Part shown: piece by piece, positions 23,322 to 33,838 of the stretch
How positions within the stretch are numbered: position 1 is the stretch's first letter
Layout: each line of letters opens with the position of its first letter
Assembly (NCBI GenBank): GCA_963771045.1
Contig: CAVYRW010000004.1
Coordinates: 928,001-992,000, forward strand
Length of the DNA stretch: 64,000 nt
Reading direction: 5' to 3'
Origin: Waddliaceae bacterium
GTDB taxonomy: Bacteria > Chlamydiota > Chlamydiia > Chlamydiales > SLFE01
Translations under genes and position numbers: made by a program
Notes under the pieces: model-generated
What the model was told of the DNA's origin: nothing
The model's input: only the letters and a program-made list of their open reading frames with translations
Database searches by the model: none

Positions 23322-25445
23322 ATGAATTCGGAAAGATTTGGTGTTCATGTATTTAATCGCACAATAATGCAGAGAACCCTTCCTCCTAAAATTTTTCTCA
23401 ATCTCATTGCTGCGTCTAAAGGAGAGGAACAAATCCGTCCCGAATATGCAGATACAATTGCTGTTGCAATGAAAGAGTGGGCCGTAAGCCAGGGAGCGAC
23501 ACACTTTACCCATTGGTTTCTCCCGTTGACAGGTGCTTCGGCTGAAAAGCACGATTCCTTTATCGAGTGGAATCCGGCGGAGGATAAGATCATCGAAAAA
23601 TTCACCGGCAAACAACTGCTGCAAGGGGAACCGGATGCTTCATCATTTCCATCCGGCGGGCTCAGAAGTACTTACGAGGCCAGAGGTTATACCGGTTGGG
23701 ATCCGTCTTCTCCCGTGTTCATCTGGAAGGGGGGCGATGGCGTTACCCTATGCATACCCTCGGTGTATTTTTCTTGGACAGGGGATGTTCTCGATTCAAA
23801 GATCCCTCTTCTTAGATCCGAAAAAAAGTTAAACGACGCTGTTTTGCGCCTTTTGAAATTAACAGGCGTCAAAGCCAATTATATTTTTACAACTCTTGGC
23901 CTTGAGCAGGAATACTTTGTTGTCGACCGCAGCTTGAGAAACCTGCGCCCGGACCTGGTTTTAACCGGGAGAACGGTTTTAGGGGCTCCTTCGCCGAAAG
24001 GACAGGAGCTTCAGGATCATTATTTTGCTTCGGTCAACGACCGCATCTTGAGTTTCATGCACGACTTTGAGTCCAAAGCTCTTGAAGTGGCCATTCCGGT
24101 CAAAACAAGACACAATGAAGTGGCTCCATCCCAGTATGAAGTCGCCCATGTTTTCGAAAGTTCCTCTACTGCCGTTGATCACAATATCCTGATGATGGAA
24201 TTAATGAGGCAGACTGCCGAAAAACACGGCCTGTCATGCCTTCTCCATGAAAAACCCTTTCATGGCCTGAACGGATCGGGCAAACACGCTAATTGGTCTA
24301 TCATGACTGACTCCGACATCAACTTACTGGATCCGTCCGACCTCCCGGAAAATAACTTACTATTTCTCATCTTGCTCAGCTCTATTTTAGATGCCATCAA
24401 TCAACACGCTGTATTGCTTAGGGCGTCGATCGGATCGGCTTCCAATGACTACCGTTTAGGAGGGCATGAGGCGCCGCCGGCGATCATTTCCGTATATCTG
24501 GGTGAAGAACTCGAATCTCTTCTCAACAATATTGAAAAATCAGGGGCGCATAAAACCGCCAAACGTCTGGATAAATACAATCTGGGTTTGTCAACGCTTC
24601 CCGATCTTTCCAAGGATAATACCGACCGTAATAGAACTTCGCCATTTGCGTTTACCGGAAATAAATTCGAATTTCGAGCTGTAGGATCCTCGTCTAACCC
24701 TTCATTTGCCATCACGGTGTTGAACGCGGCTGTTGCAGAGAGTCTCAATAAAATCATTGACGATATTGAAAAAAAATTAGGAAAAACGAAGATCTCGGAC
24801 AAAAAGGGCGTGGCTCAGGCAACGATAGGTGTTCTTCAAAAAAGCATCGCGAATTCAAAAAATATTCGGTTTTCCGGCGATAACTACAGTCCTGAATGGG
24901 TTGCGGAAGCTAAGAAAAAACATCTTCAGAATATAAAGAAATCACCTGAAGCTTTTAAAGCCCTTCTGGATAAAAAAACCGTTAACGCGTTTCGCGGCAT
25001 TCTCCTAGAGCACGAACTTGAGAGCCGCTATGAACTTATGATGGACCATTACATTCAAACGATTGAAATCGAAATTAAAGTCATGCTCGAAATGTTTAGG
25101 ACCCAACTACTTCCATCAGCATTAAAAACCCAAAAAGACTTTGCCGAGAGTCTCTCATTGCTGAAACAAACGTTGCCTTCTTCAAAGAAATTCTCTTCTC
25201 TAAAGTTGGGGCTCGAGAAGCTGGCAGGAGCCATTGAAACTGCTTTGAAGCTGGCAGAAGAGCTGGATGCCGTTCGCAAGGAGGCGTCAAAACAGACAAA
25301 TATAAACCGAAAGGGAAATGCGTTTGCCAATAAGGTTCTTCCCATGTCCGATAAGTTTCGAGCAGCCGTCGACGATATGGAAGCTCTTGTTGACGATGAG
25401 TATTGGCCTATTCCTAAATATAGAGAAATTTTATTTCTAAAATGA
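23322..25445 (+). CDS. glnA: glutamine synthetase type III
   Basis: 707 aa; THFTHWF, AEKHDSF, GEPDASSFPSGGLR, HNEVAP, NGSGKH, RLGGHEAPP, DRNRTSPFAFTGNKFEFR. Confidence 0.95.
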   Translation: MNSERFGVHVFNRTIMQRTLPPKIFLNLIAASKGEEQIRPEYADTIAVAMKEWAVSQGATHFTHWFLPLTGASAEKHDSFIEWNPAEDKIIEKFTGKQLLQGEPDASSFPSGGLRSTYEARGYTGWDPSSPVFIWKGGDGVTLCIPSVYFSWTGDVLDSKIPLLRSEKKLNDAVLRLLKLTGVKANYIFTTLGLEQEYFVVDRSLRNLRPDLVLTGRTVLGAPSPKGQELQDHYFASVNDRILSFMHDFESKALEVAIPVKTRHNEVAPSQYEVAHVFESSSTAVDHNILMMELMRQTAEKHGLSCLLHEKPFHGLNGSGKHANWSIMTDSDINLLDPSDLPENNLLFLILLSSILDAINQHAVLLRASIGSASNDYRLGGHEAPPAIISVYLGEELESLLNNIEKSGAHKTAKRLDKYNLGLSTLPDLSKDNTDRNRTSPFAFTGNKFEFRAVGSSSNPSFAITVLNAAVAESLNKIIDDIEKKLGKTKISDKKGVAQATIGVLQKSIANSKNIRFSGDNYSPEWVAEAKKKHLQNIKKSPEAFKALLDKKTVNAFRGILLEHELESRYELMMDHYIQTIEIEIKVMLEMFRTQLLPSALKTQKDFAESLSLLKQTLPSSKKFSSLKLGLEKLAGAIETALKLAEELDAVRKEASKQTNINRKGNAFANKVLPMSDKFRAAVDDMEALVDDEYWPIPKYREILFLK

Positions 25446-26038
25446 AGAAAATAGGGCTTTACGGCGGAACTTTTGATCCTATACATTTCGGCCATCTGAA
25501 TCTGATTATGCAGATAAAGGAGATGCGCGGCCTTGAAGAGGTATGGCTGGTCCCTACAGGAGTCAATCCTTTCAAAATAGACAAAAAGGTATCTGAGGCA
25601 AAGTATCGTTTAGCCATGACCCAGGCGGCGATTGAACCCTTTTCCCACCTCAAGGTCATGGACAATGAGATTCGGCGTGAAGGGGTTTCCTATGCGATCG
25701 ACACTTTAAAGCAATTTTTTGAATTTCAAGAAGATCATGAGTATGCCATTATCATCGGCGATGATGCAGCTGAAGGTTTTTTTCGGTGGAAAAATGTCAA
25801 AGAAATAATTCAAATGGTTCCTATATATGTGGGGAGACGAGCCTGCGATTTTAAAATTGAAAGCCTGGCAGGGGATGCCGATGTGCTCAATACGTTGAAA
25901 AAAGGGATGACAGACACGAGAATTATCGAAATTTCCAGCACAGACATTCGCGAAAGAGTGTCTCGAGGGCTCAATTGTTGTCACCTTGTCCCTTCAAAAG
26001 TCATGGACATAATATATAAAAATGATTTATACTCTTAA
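25442..26038 (+). CDS. nadD: nicotinate-nucleotide adenylyltransferase
   Basis: GGTFDPIHFGH, IIGDD and ISSTDIR. Confidence 0.93.
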   Translation: MKKIGLYGGTFDPIHFGHLNLIMQIKEMRGLEEVWLVPTGVNPFKIDKKVSEAKYRLAMTQAAIEPFSHLKVMDNEIRREGVSYAIDTLKQFFEFQEDHEYAIIIGDDAAEGFFRWKNVKEIIQMVPIYVGRRACDFKIESLAGDADVLNTLKKGMTDTRIIEISSTDIRERVSRGLNCCHLVPSKVMDIIYKNDLYS

Positions 26039-26042
26039 TTAT

Positions 26043-26408
26043 ATGGAGAAGAAAGACTTAGATCTTATTGCGCAGACAATTTTCGATAAAAAAGGAACTA
26101 ATATTTTCGTTTTGGACGTTCGGGGCCTAACCTCAATGGCCGATTATTTTGTTTTGGCTGAGGGGAATGTCGACCGGCACGTTAAGGCTATAGGGGACGC
26201 TGTTTTGGATTCGATGGAAAAATCAGGGCGCGAAGCTCTCCGCGTAGAGGGGAGTCAGTTTGCTGATTGGGTGGTGATTGATTTCGGCGATATTTTTGTA
26301 CATCTGTTCACTCCCGGAGTTCGAGAAAAATATGGTTTAGAGTCTGTTTGGAGCAAAGGAAAAATTGTCGATGTTTCCATAGATATTTCGAAAAAAATAG
26401 CAGGTTAA
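26043..26408 (+). CDS. rsfS: ribosome silencing factor (Iojap)
   Basis: DKKG, DYFV, WVVIDFGDIFVHLF and R..Y.LE..W. Confidence 0.92.
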   Translation: MEKKDLDLIAQTIFDKKGTNIFVLDVRGLTSMADYFVLAEGNVDRHVKAIGDAVLDSMEKSGREALRVEGSQFADWVVIDFGDIFVHLFTPGVREKYGLESVWSKGKIVDVSIDISKKIAG

Positions 26409-26410
26409 CT

Positions 26411-27655
26411 ATGACAAAAAAAAGAGTAGTCATCACCGGCTTGGGGGTTGTTTCCTGTTTTGGAAATGATGTGGAAGGCTTTATTGATGCTTTAATGGCC
26501 GGAAAAAGCGGAGTGAAAACGATCACTGAATTTCCTTGCGATGATTTCCCTACACGATTTGCAGCTAAAATTTCAAATTTCGACCCAAGCGGATATATCG
26601 ACAAAAAGCAGGCAAGAAGGGTCGACAACTTTATCGCCTATTCTCTGGTTGCGGGGAAAAAAGCGCTTGAATCGGCACAAATTGACAAGGAAAGCAAACT
26701 GGACAAAAAACGATGCGGGATCCTGATTGGTTCCGGAATGGGCGGACTCAATATGTTCTCTAATGCCGTTGAAACGCTTAAAGATAAAGGCATCGGCCGC
26801 ATGTCGCCATTTTTCATTCCCTACACGATCACGAATATGGGAGGGGCGCTGTTGGCTATGGAATATGGATTTATGGGCCCCAATTATTCGATTTCGACTG
26901 CTTGCGCGACAGGCAACTACGCCATTGTCAGCGCTCTTAAGCATATTCGTGATGGCGAAGCGGATTTAATCGTATGCGGTGGAGTTGAAGCCCCGATCAA
27001 CGCGGTTGGTCTGGCCGGATTTTGCGCATGCAAGGCTTTATCGACAAGAAATGACGCCCCTGAAAAGGCTGCCCGGCCATGGGATAAAGACCGGGATGGC
27101 TTTGTTATGGGCGAAGGAGCGGGCGTGCTGGTTCTCGAATCCTTCGAACACGCAAAAGCTCGTGGAGCCAGGATTTATGGAGAGGTTCTTGGCGGAGCTT
27201 TCTCCTGCGATGCCCACCACATGACTATGCCCCGCGAAGACGGAGAAGGAATCGCCCTCTGTATAGACAAGGCGCTCAAGAATGCCGATGTTTCCCCCTC
27301 TGAAGTGAATTACATCAATGCTCATGCGACTTGCACTCCTCTTGGGGATATGGCGGAAGTGAATGCAGCGAAAAAGATTTTCAAAGACCCTTCTAAAATT
27401 TACATGAATGCAACAAAATCCATGATAGGGCATGCCCTGGGAGCGGCGGGAGGCCTGGAGGCCGTCGCGACTGTCATACAGATGCAGCGTAAAGAAATTC
27501 ATCCCACTATTAATCTGGACAATCCCGAAGAGGGGCTCGATTTCATGACCCCGACAAAAGCAACAGATTGCGACATTCAAGTCGCAATATCTAACTCTTT
27601 TGGCTTTGGCGGCCACAACGCCAGTGTTGTTTTTAAGTCTTACAAGGAAAAGTAA
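26411..27655 (+). CDS. fabF: beta-ketoacyl-ACP synthase II
   Basis: [26 protein letters not shown] and NSFGFGGHN. Confidence 0.95.
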   Translation: MTKKRVVITGLGVVSCFGNDVEGFIDALMAGKSGVKTITEFPCDDFPTRFAAKISNFDPSGYIDKKQARRVDNFIAYSLVAGKKALESAQIDKESKLDKKRCGILIGSGMGGLNMFSNAVETLKDKGIGRMSPFFIPYTITNMGGALLAMEYGFMGPNYSISTACATGNYAIVSALKHIRDGEADLIVCGGVEAPINAVGLAGFCACKALSTRNDAPEKAARPWDKDRDGFVMGEGAGVLVLESFEHAKARGARIYGEVLGGAFSCDAHHMTMPREDGEGIALCIDKALKNADVSPSEVNYINAHATCTPLGDMAEVNAAKKIFKDPSKIYMNATKSMIGHALGAAGGLEAVATVIQMQRKEIHPTINLDNPEEGLDFMTPTKATDCDIQVAISNSFGFGGHNASVVFKSYKEK

Positions 27656-27656
27656 G

Positions 27657-28076
27657 ATGGAACATTCCTATGGAATTATCCCTTTGAGGCGGCGCGGAGA
27701 GGATTGGTATGTCTTTATTGTTCATCGGATAAAGTCCGGGGGATTTTGGGAGTTTCCCAAGGGGCATATTGATGAAGGGGAGACCTCTCTTGATGCCGCT
27801 GAAAGAGAGCTGAAAGAAGAGACAGGTTTAACGATCGATCGCATGCTCGAATTTAATCCCGTCACTGAATATTACGAATATGAATGGCATGGGAAAGTCA
27901 TTCCTAAGGAAGTTCATTATTATCTGGCACTTGTCGGAGGAGAAATTGCCTTGCAGCCAAAAGAGGTCGATGAGGGCAAATGGATTCTCCTAAGAGAGGC
28001 GGAAAACTATGTGACTTATGATACAAGCCGTTCTCTTTGCAGAAAGGCCGCTTCGCTGCTTCTTAACTCAAGATAA
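27657..28076 (+). CDS. NUDIX hydrolase (Ap4A hydrolase-like)
   Basis: SYGIIP and the Nudix box [25 protein letters not shown]. Confidence 0.9.
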   Translation: MEHSYGIIPLRRRGEDWYVFIVHRIKSGGFWEFPKGHIDEGETSLDAAERELKEETGLTIDRMLEFNPVTEYYEYEWHGKVIPKEVHYYLALVGGEIALQPKEVDEGKWILLREAENYVTYDTSRSLCRKAASLLLNSR

Positions 28077-28299
28077 TTTTCCATTTTTCATAAATCGAAA
28101 AATTCATAAAAAGTAATGCAACAGATCTTACCACGCTCAATTTTTGATTATTAGGATCAGGCAGAATATTTCGTTTATCCAATAATTCTACGTATATCAT
28201 TAATTCTTTGTCGACATCTTTGGATAAATGGGCAAAATCGGTTAAAAGAGATTGGAATGTATCTTTTTCAAGATCATTCAGAGTTGAATTTTTTGTCAA
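28063..28299 (-). pseudogene. possible 5'-truncated gene remnant abutting the IS end
   Basis: AT-rich ORF with a weak TTG start 5 nt from the IS terminus. Confidence 0.3.
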
Positions 28300-28304
28300 A
28301 GTTG

Positions 28305-29407
28305 GGGTGTGTTGCCTAATTCCTTATGAAAAAGTGAAAAAATTAGCTAAGATCAAAATTGAGACTTGATAGGAGAAAAAAACAGGGGTAAACTCTTTTT
28401 TTGCACAAAGGAGGATACCCCATGAGCCACAAAAAACGTGACTGGTTTGAGTATAACAAATCCCTGGTAAATCGTGGAAGTCTAACTTTCTGGATTCACA
28501 AAAAAGCCATCGAATCTTGGAAGGCAAAGGCTCAAAAAGGGAAAAAAGGAGCACCTTTCATCTTTTCAGATACAGTTATTGAAACTGCGCTGACCATCAA
28601 ATTTATCCTCAAACTTTCTTACCGTGCTCTGGAAGGGTATCTTAGATCTTTGATTAGAATTTTAGGAGTTGATCTTCCCGTACCATGTTACACTCAAATA
28701 TCTAAGAGGATGAAAAAACTTAAGTTTCCCAAGCATCTTCTAAAAAATAAAGCTGTTAAACATGTTGTCGTTGATGCTACAGGGCTTAAGATGTACGGAG
28801 AGGGTGAGTGGAAAGTCAAAAAACATGGACCCGGCAAAAGACGTGAATGGCGAAAATTGCACCTTGCAGTTGATGAAGAGACTCAAGAAATTTTGTTTGT
28901 AGACCTGACAAAAGAATATGTAAGTGACACGTCGTTTGTGCCCGAAATTATAGAAAAACGAAGAAGGATTGAAAGAATTCTTATGGACGGTGCAGCTGAT
29001 GTTGAAAGTCTTTACAAGCTGGCTTACGAGTCGGGAATTGATCTTTTAACACCGCCGAAAAAGAATGCAAAAAAGCGGGATGAGCCATGGATGCAAGATC
29101 GAACTAGAAGGCTGCTTGAAATTATTGGTTTGGGAGGTGGCAAAGAGGCCAAATCACTGTGGGGGAAACTTACGAGCTACAGCAAAAGGGCTACGGTTGA
29201 AAGCGCTATAGCGAGGTGAAAAAAGTTATTTACAGGGTATTTGGAAAGTCGATGTGAACGAAGACAACGGACTGAAGTATATCTCAAATCTCTAATATTA
29301 AATGACATGAAAAGGTTCGAAAAATCGATAGCTTGAGTGGGTTAAGTGTGGCAAGTCGTAGTCAAATCACTAATTCCTTTCAATATTTCGAATTAGGCAA
29401 CACACCC
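28305..29407 (+). mobile_element. IS5-family (IS903-like) element
   Basis: perfect 18-bp IRs GGGTGTGTTGCCTAATTC (28305-28322 / 29390-29407); no target duplication visible. Confidence 0.9.
28422..29336 (+). pseudogene. IS5-family transposase with in-frame TGA at 29217-29219
   Basis: YNKSLVNRGSLTFW, DATGLKMYGEGEWKVKKHG, WRKLHLAVD, MDGA and RATVES; the frame continues 38 codons past the TGA (KKLFTG...). Confidence 0.85.
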
Positions 29408-29810
29408 GCTGTAGATGATTGGCCTCATTGGTTATTATGATTTTCTTTAAAAATGGAGGAAATCATGATCAATCAAGTTATTACTATATTCTCAAGAGAC
29501 AAATAGAATGCTTTGTTCAGAAAAAAATAAAATTGAAACGGTTTTTCAGTAGCATTGTGAGTCGGATGCCAAGATATATTCGTGCAAGAACGGAGTCCGG
29601 TTTTTGCTTGAAAGTTACATTTTTTATCCTGGCCTATATGGTAAACTTATCTTATCCATTGGGATAATCGTCCCCCTCAGTGATTTTAGCAATCCATCTG
29701 CAAACTTACCCTCCTCGGTAAGCTCTAAAGAGCTTACCCTTCGTCACGTAAGTTTGCAGATGGATTGCTAAAATCACTGAGGCGAACGAGATTAGGTTAC
29801 AATCACGGGT
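29408..29810 (+). mobile_element. internally deleted IS982-like remnant
   Basis: SD GGAGG plus MINQVITIF start at 29465; frameshifted KIETVF / SSIVSRMPRYIRARTESGFCLKV C-terminus ending at 29667; right end reads ACCCG on the minus strand. Confidence 0.6.
29668..29789. repeat. long palindromic element
   Basis: perfect 35-bp arms CCTCAGTGATTTTAGCAATCCATCTGCAAACTTAC around an inner GGTAAGCTCT-aa-AGAGCTTACC hairpin. Confidence 0.9.
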
Positions 29811-29865
29811 TATACTGTTTGAATAATTTTCTGGAAATTAATTTCAGGATAACTATATTGAGGAC

Positions 29866-30321
29866 ATGCTTAAGGAGTTTAGAGATTTTGCCTTAAAAGG
29901 GAATGCCCTGGATATGGCGATCGGCATTATTATCGGAGCAGCTTTTAGCACTATTGTGAACTCGCTGGTTAATGATATATTGATGCCTCCAATAGGGCTT
30001 TTGCTTGGTCACGTGGACTTTTCGAATTTGTTCCTGACCTTAAAAAGTGGAACACCTCCGGGGCCATATGCTGCGGCGAGTGCGGCAAGCGCTGCAGGGG
30101 CGGTGACAATCAATTATGGTGTTTTTATCAACAGCATCATTTCATTTATCATTGTTGCGTTTTCTGTATTTTTGGTTGTGAGGAATTTCAACAAAATGCG
30201 CGACAAGTATGCCGGAAAAATTGAGGCAAATGTCAAAGAATGCCCCGAGTGCTGCAGTCAGATACCTCTGATGGCAAAAAAGTGCCCGAATTGCACATCC
30301 CTCTTAGGATTAAGTAAGTAG
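29866..30321 (+). CDS. mscL: large-conductance mechanosensitive channel with C-terminal Zn-ribbon
   Basis: [21 protein letters not shown] and NYGVFI; C-terminal CPEC...CPNC. Confidence 0.93.
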   Translation: MLKEFRDFALKGNALDMAIGIIIGAAFSTIVNSLVNDILMPPIGLLLGHVDFSNLFLTLKSGTPPGPYAAASAASAAGAVTINYGVFINSIISFIIVAFSVFLVVRNFNKMRDKYAGKIEANVKECPECCSQIPLMAKKCPNCTSLLGLSK

Positions 30322-30390
30322 ATTTTCCTCTGATAAAAATAGCTGATACATTATATATGGCATTAGAAGGGTATCTTGGAGGTATCAGTC

Positions 30391-30564
30391 ATGTTATATT
30401 GGGCTTTTGTGTTTTTTATTATCGCTTTGATAGCGGCATTTTTTGGTTTTGGCGGTATCGCGTCCGGAGCCGTGGGCATTGCGAAGATTTTATTTTTTAT
30501 CTTCGTGATATTATTTGTTATCAGTTTAATAGCCGGGCTTATTCGAGGAAGACCCCCGGTTTGA
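30391..30564 (+). CDS. DUF1328 (YtjA-like) small membrane protein
   Basis: [24 protein letters not shown]...IAKILF; SD GGAGGT. Confidence 0.88.
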   Translation: MLYWAFVFFIIALIAAFFGFGGIASGAVGIAKILFFIFVILFVISLIAGLIRGRPPV

Positions 30565-30581
30565 GGATTAGGAGGTAAGTT

Positions 30582-30857
30582 GTGAATTTTAAAATTTTAA
30601 CCTTATTGTCTTTATTGTCGTTGGTTTTCGCTGGATGCGAAACGGAAGGGCCAGCAGAGAAGGCTGGGAAAAAAATTGACGAATCAATCCAAAATCTTAA
30701 AGAGAAAGCTCATGATGTGATGGAAGATCAGGGACCTGCCGAAAAAACTGATGAAAAAATTGATCAGGCAGTCGAAAATGTCAAAGAGAAATCGCAGGAC
30801 TTAAGGGATCGTTTACAGGAAAAGCTCCCTAACTTGCAGCGATCGCCAAATGATTAA
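30582..30857 (+). CDS. small lipoprotein
   Basis: lipobox FAGC; internal repeat GPAEKAGKKIDE / GPAEKTDEKIDQ; SD AGGAGGT. Confidence 0.8.
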   Translation: MNFKILTLLSLLSLVFAGCETEGPAEKAGKKIDESIQNLKEKAHDVMEDQGPAEKTDEKIDQAVENVKEKSQDLRDRLQEKLPNLQRSPND

Positions 30858-30877
30858 TTTCGAGTGCTCCGACAAGT

Positions 30878-33709
30878 TTAAATTGGCGGAGCGCTGGTAA
30901 TAACCCCTGCCTTTTCCAGCATCTTTTCAGCCCCAAACTCTGTTAGCAGGAATTGTGTCCCTGTAATTAGCCAGGCCTTTTGCAAATCCTTATCATTAAT
31001 CAAGTCGTTAAGACTGTTATAAAGTTTGTCGTCTGCAATGATTTGTCTGTTAACAATTTTGCAAAAATGGCTGATCAGTTTTTCTGGTGTCAGGTGTCTA
31101 AAAAAGGCTTTGTAGACTTCTTTAAATGAGCGCTTGATCAACGTATCTGTAATAAGGTCTGTGTGCGCGTCAAAAATGAGTTGATGTTTCAGTCCTAGAC
31201 TTTTACCGATAAAATTTTTCAGATATGTGGTTTGAGAAGCCAGCTCTCCAGTTGAGGGTTTTTTGCCTGTCATTTCAATGACAAAGTCAGATTTTGTAGA
31301 CAAAATATCGTGAATGACCGTTTGAAGAACACTGCGGACAGCCTCACTTTCATTGGAAATGGTATAAAGGGACCCCTGTGACTTCAGTGGAAGACCATGA
31401 AAGGCATAAGAGATTCCTCTTTGGCTGATTAAAGCTAGAGTCTGAATAAGGTGTTTATAAAATGTTTCATATTCCAGCTTTCTGAGATAATCAATGATCC
31501 AGGAAAATTGGTAGGCTTTAATTGAGACTTGTTTCGTTTGATTAAGCAGGTCAAATAATGACCTGTTTTCTTTCAATCTCTTTTGTATGATTGACAAAGG
31601 GAACCCAAAAATGTTTTGAAACTGCTTATCGTCAAATGGGCAATTTTCAATCATTTCATCAAGGACTTTAGAGTTGATCCTTTTAGGTAGATGTTTGCTT
31701 GTCGGCAGTTTGGAAACTTGCGAGAAAGCCTTGGTATTTAACATGAGTCCCTTCGGAGATGGGGTGAGATTTATTGAAGTTTGTTCATGTTGATTTTGTG
31801 TTAATCGACTGAATACCGAATACATGTTCTTGGAAGAGGCTGGCTTAAGAGTATCAATTATATGCTTAAGAGCTCTTTGGATTATCGGGTCCTTGTCACG
31901 AAGTTTAAGAAATTCACGGTTATGGAAAATATATTGAGAAAGAAAATAAACTTCATTCTTATTTTCTAAAGTTGCAAGCTTAAAATTGCATATCGAAAGA
32001 AATTTACTTTTAAAGTGTTTTTTACGAGAGTGCTTGATTTTCAATGCCTCATCGACTATTTGGAAAATTATTTTTATTTCCTTGAAACCACAATCACCCA
32101 AGATAAAAGGGATCGCATGTTTAAGAATTCTTTTGTCAATATCTTGTACTTGTAAAAATTGCGACAGCTTGAGAATTAACGCTAGGTTGCAGTGGTTTAA
32201 ATATGACGTTTTTAAATCAATTGCCAAATTAACAATTTTTATTCTTTCCTCTTCCTCTTCTAGAGCTCTTAAGTTAAAAAAAAGATGATCTATTGTCATT
32301 ATGCCAATAGGATTTTTTTCCAATGCTAATAGTGGTTTTGCCAGATAGGCTGATTCCTTGCGTTCTTTGGGATCTTCGATTACTGCTAATGTCCTGCAAA
32401 GGTACCTTATGTCATTAACATTCATTTCGGGTGTTTTTAGTTCATTTGTTAGATTGACAATTTGCTGTCTTTCTTCTCTATTTTTGATATTTGCCAAAAA
32501 TTTCATAAAAAATTGCAGAACAAGAAATTGCATCTCTGGAGTTTTTAAAGAAATGACCTGGTCTGTAATTTCTCTAATTTCATCTGCATCTTCAATATTA
32601 TAAAATGCCTGATGAATCGTTTTTATTGCATTAGCAGGAAGATCCGATAGCTGCAAGGAGCTTATCACGCTTGTATATATCCTACGTTTTTGGGTATCTT
32701 CGATTTCAGCCAAATCTTGAAGAATCATTTCTACATGGCAAGGATACATTTTTGGTGTTTTTAAACAATTTGCTAGATTGGCTATTTCCTTGCGCTCCTT
32801 GGGATCTTCGATTTTTATCAGATTTTTCAGAATTGTCATCCAGGTGCTATCCCAATTTTCTGTGATTTTTAAAGAATTGAAGAGATCAACACACTCTTTT
32901 CGTTCCTCAGTGTTTTTGAGTTGTGCTAATGTCTTAATAAAACTTGAAATATCCCAACTATCTGCGCCTGATGTTTTTAAAGAATTGATTATCTCAAGAA
33001 ATTCTATTCGTTCCTTAGTGTTTTTGAGTTGTGCTAATGTTTTAATAATACTTGGAATATCCCAATTATCCATGCCTGATGTTTTTAAAGAATTGATTAT
33101 CTCAAGAAATTCTATTCGTTCCTTAGTGTTTTTGAGTTGTGCTAATGTTTTAATAATACTTGGAATATCCCAATTATCCATGCCTGATGTTTTTAAAGAA
33201 TTGATTATCTCAAGAAATTCTATTCGTTCCTTAGTGTTTTTGAGTTGTGCTAATGTTTTAATAATACTTGGAATATCCCAATTATCCATGCCTGATGTTG
33301 TTAAAGACTTTGTTAATTTGACTATTTTTCCTCGCAGCTTTGAATCTTTTATCGCTGCCAGAGCATGCCCAATGTTTCCTAAATCAACGCCGTTTGCTCC
33401 TGAAGTTTTTAAAGACTTTGTCTGGTTGACAATTTCTCTATAGTTGCCTCTATCCAAAAGCGTTATCATCTTTATAAGATATTCAATGCTTGATTCGGAT
33501 TCGTTTTCATTGACGAGAATTTTTACTGAATTAAAGAGTTCTTTGAACCGTTTATTGAATAGAGTTCTCTCTTCCGGCAACGCCTTTTCAAGGCGCTCTG
33601 CATGTAAAAAATTATTGACAACTTTGGTGATTTTATCGTTAAGTTCACTGTTGGTTTCTTTGCGATGAGTACTTGAGTGCAATTGACTTTTTTCAGTAAT
33701 TGGTTGCAT
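30878..33709 (-). CDS. large helical-repeat protein, candidate secreted effector
   Basis: 943-aa AT-rich ORF with about 10-12 36-aa repeats beginning LKT. Confidence 0.8.
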   Translation of the reverse strand: MQPITEKSQLHSSTHRKETNSELNDKITKVVNNFLHAERLEKALPEERTLFNKRFKELFNSVKILVNENESESSIEYLIKMITLLDRGNYREIVNQTKSLKTSGANGVDLGNIGHALAAIKDSKLRGKIVKLTKSLTTSGMDNWDIPSIIKTLAQLKNTKERIEFLEIINSLKTSGMDNWDIPSIIKTLAQLKNTKERIEFLEIINSLKTSGMDNWDIPSIIKTLAQLKNTKERIEFLEIINSLKTSGADSWDISSFIKTLAQLKNTEERKECVDLFNSLKITENWDSTWMTILKNLIKIEDPKERKEIANLANCLKTPKMYPCHVEMILQDLAEIEDTQKRRIYTSVISSLQLSDLPANAIKTIHQAFYNIEDADEIREITDQVISLKTPEMQFLVLQFFMKFLANIKNREERQQIVNLTNELKTPEMNVNDIRYLCRTLAVIEDPKERKESAYLAKPLLALEKNPIGIMTIDHLFFNLRALEEEEERIKIVNLAIDLKTSYLNHCNLALILKLSQFLQVQDIDKRILKHAIPFILGDCGFKEIKIIFQIVDEALKIKHSRKKHFKSKFLSICNFKLATLENKNEVYFLSQYIFHNREFLKLRDKDPIIQRALKHIIDTLKPASSKNMYSVFSRLTQNQHEQTSINLTPSPKGLMLNTKAFSQVSKLPTSKHLPKRINSKVLDEMIENCPFDDKQFQNIFGFPLSIIQKRLKENRSLFDLLNQTKQVSIKAYQFSWIIDYLRKLEYETFYKHLIQTLALISQRGISYAFHGLPLKSQGSLYTISNESEAVRSVLQTVIHDILSTKSDFVIEMTGKKPSTGELASQTTYLKNFIGKSLGLKHQLIFDAHTDLITDTLIKRSFKEVYKAFFRHLTPEKLISHFCKIVNRQIIADDKLYNSLNDLINDKDLQKAWLITGTQFLLTEFGAEKMLEKAGVITSAPPI
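32966..33299. repeat. three identical 108-bp tandem units plus 10 nt
   Basis: unit GCCTGATGTTTTTAAAGAATTG... starts at 32966, 33074 and 33182, with a partial copy at 33290. Confidence 0.95.
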
Positions 33710-33838
33710 AGGAATTCCTTATTTTTTTAAAGATATAATTTTATCTCAATCGGCACTTTATGACCATATGTGAAATTTTTATTGAATTGAATGAGCTAAA
33801 GACGTAAAATCAACTGCTTAATTTGGGGGGAAGTTGAA

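Noticed and set aside
29217..29219. TGA recoding (Sec or Trp) in the IS5 transposase
   Set aside because: Other genes use TGA as a stop and no SECIS is evident; a nonsense mutation is simpler.
30235..30321. MscL C-terminal Zn-ribbon as a novelty
   Set aside because: This extension is a recurrent, known MscL variant.
32966..33299. CRISPR array
   Set aside because: The units are contiguous in-frame 108-bp coding repeats with no spacers, and no cas genes are present.
32778..33443. 221-aa + strand repeat ORF
   Set aside because: Antisense shadow of the repeat protein.
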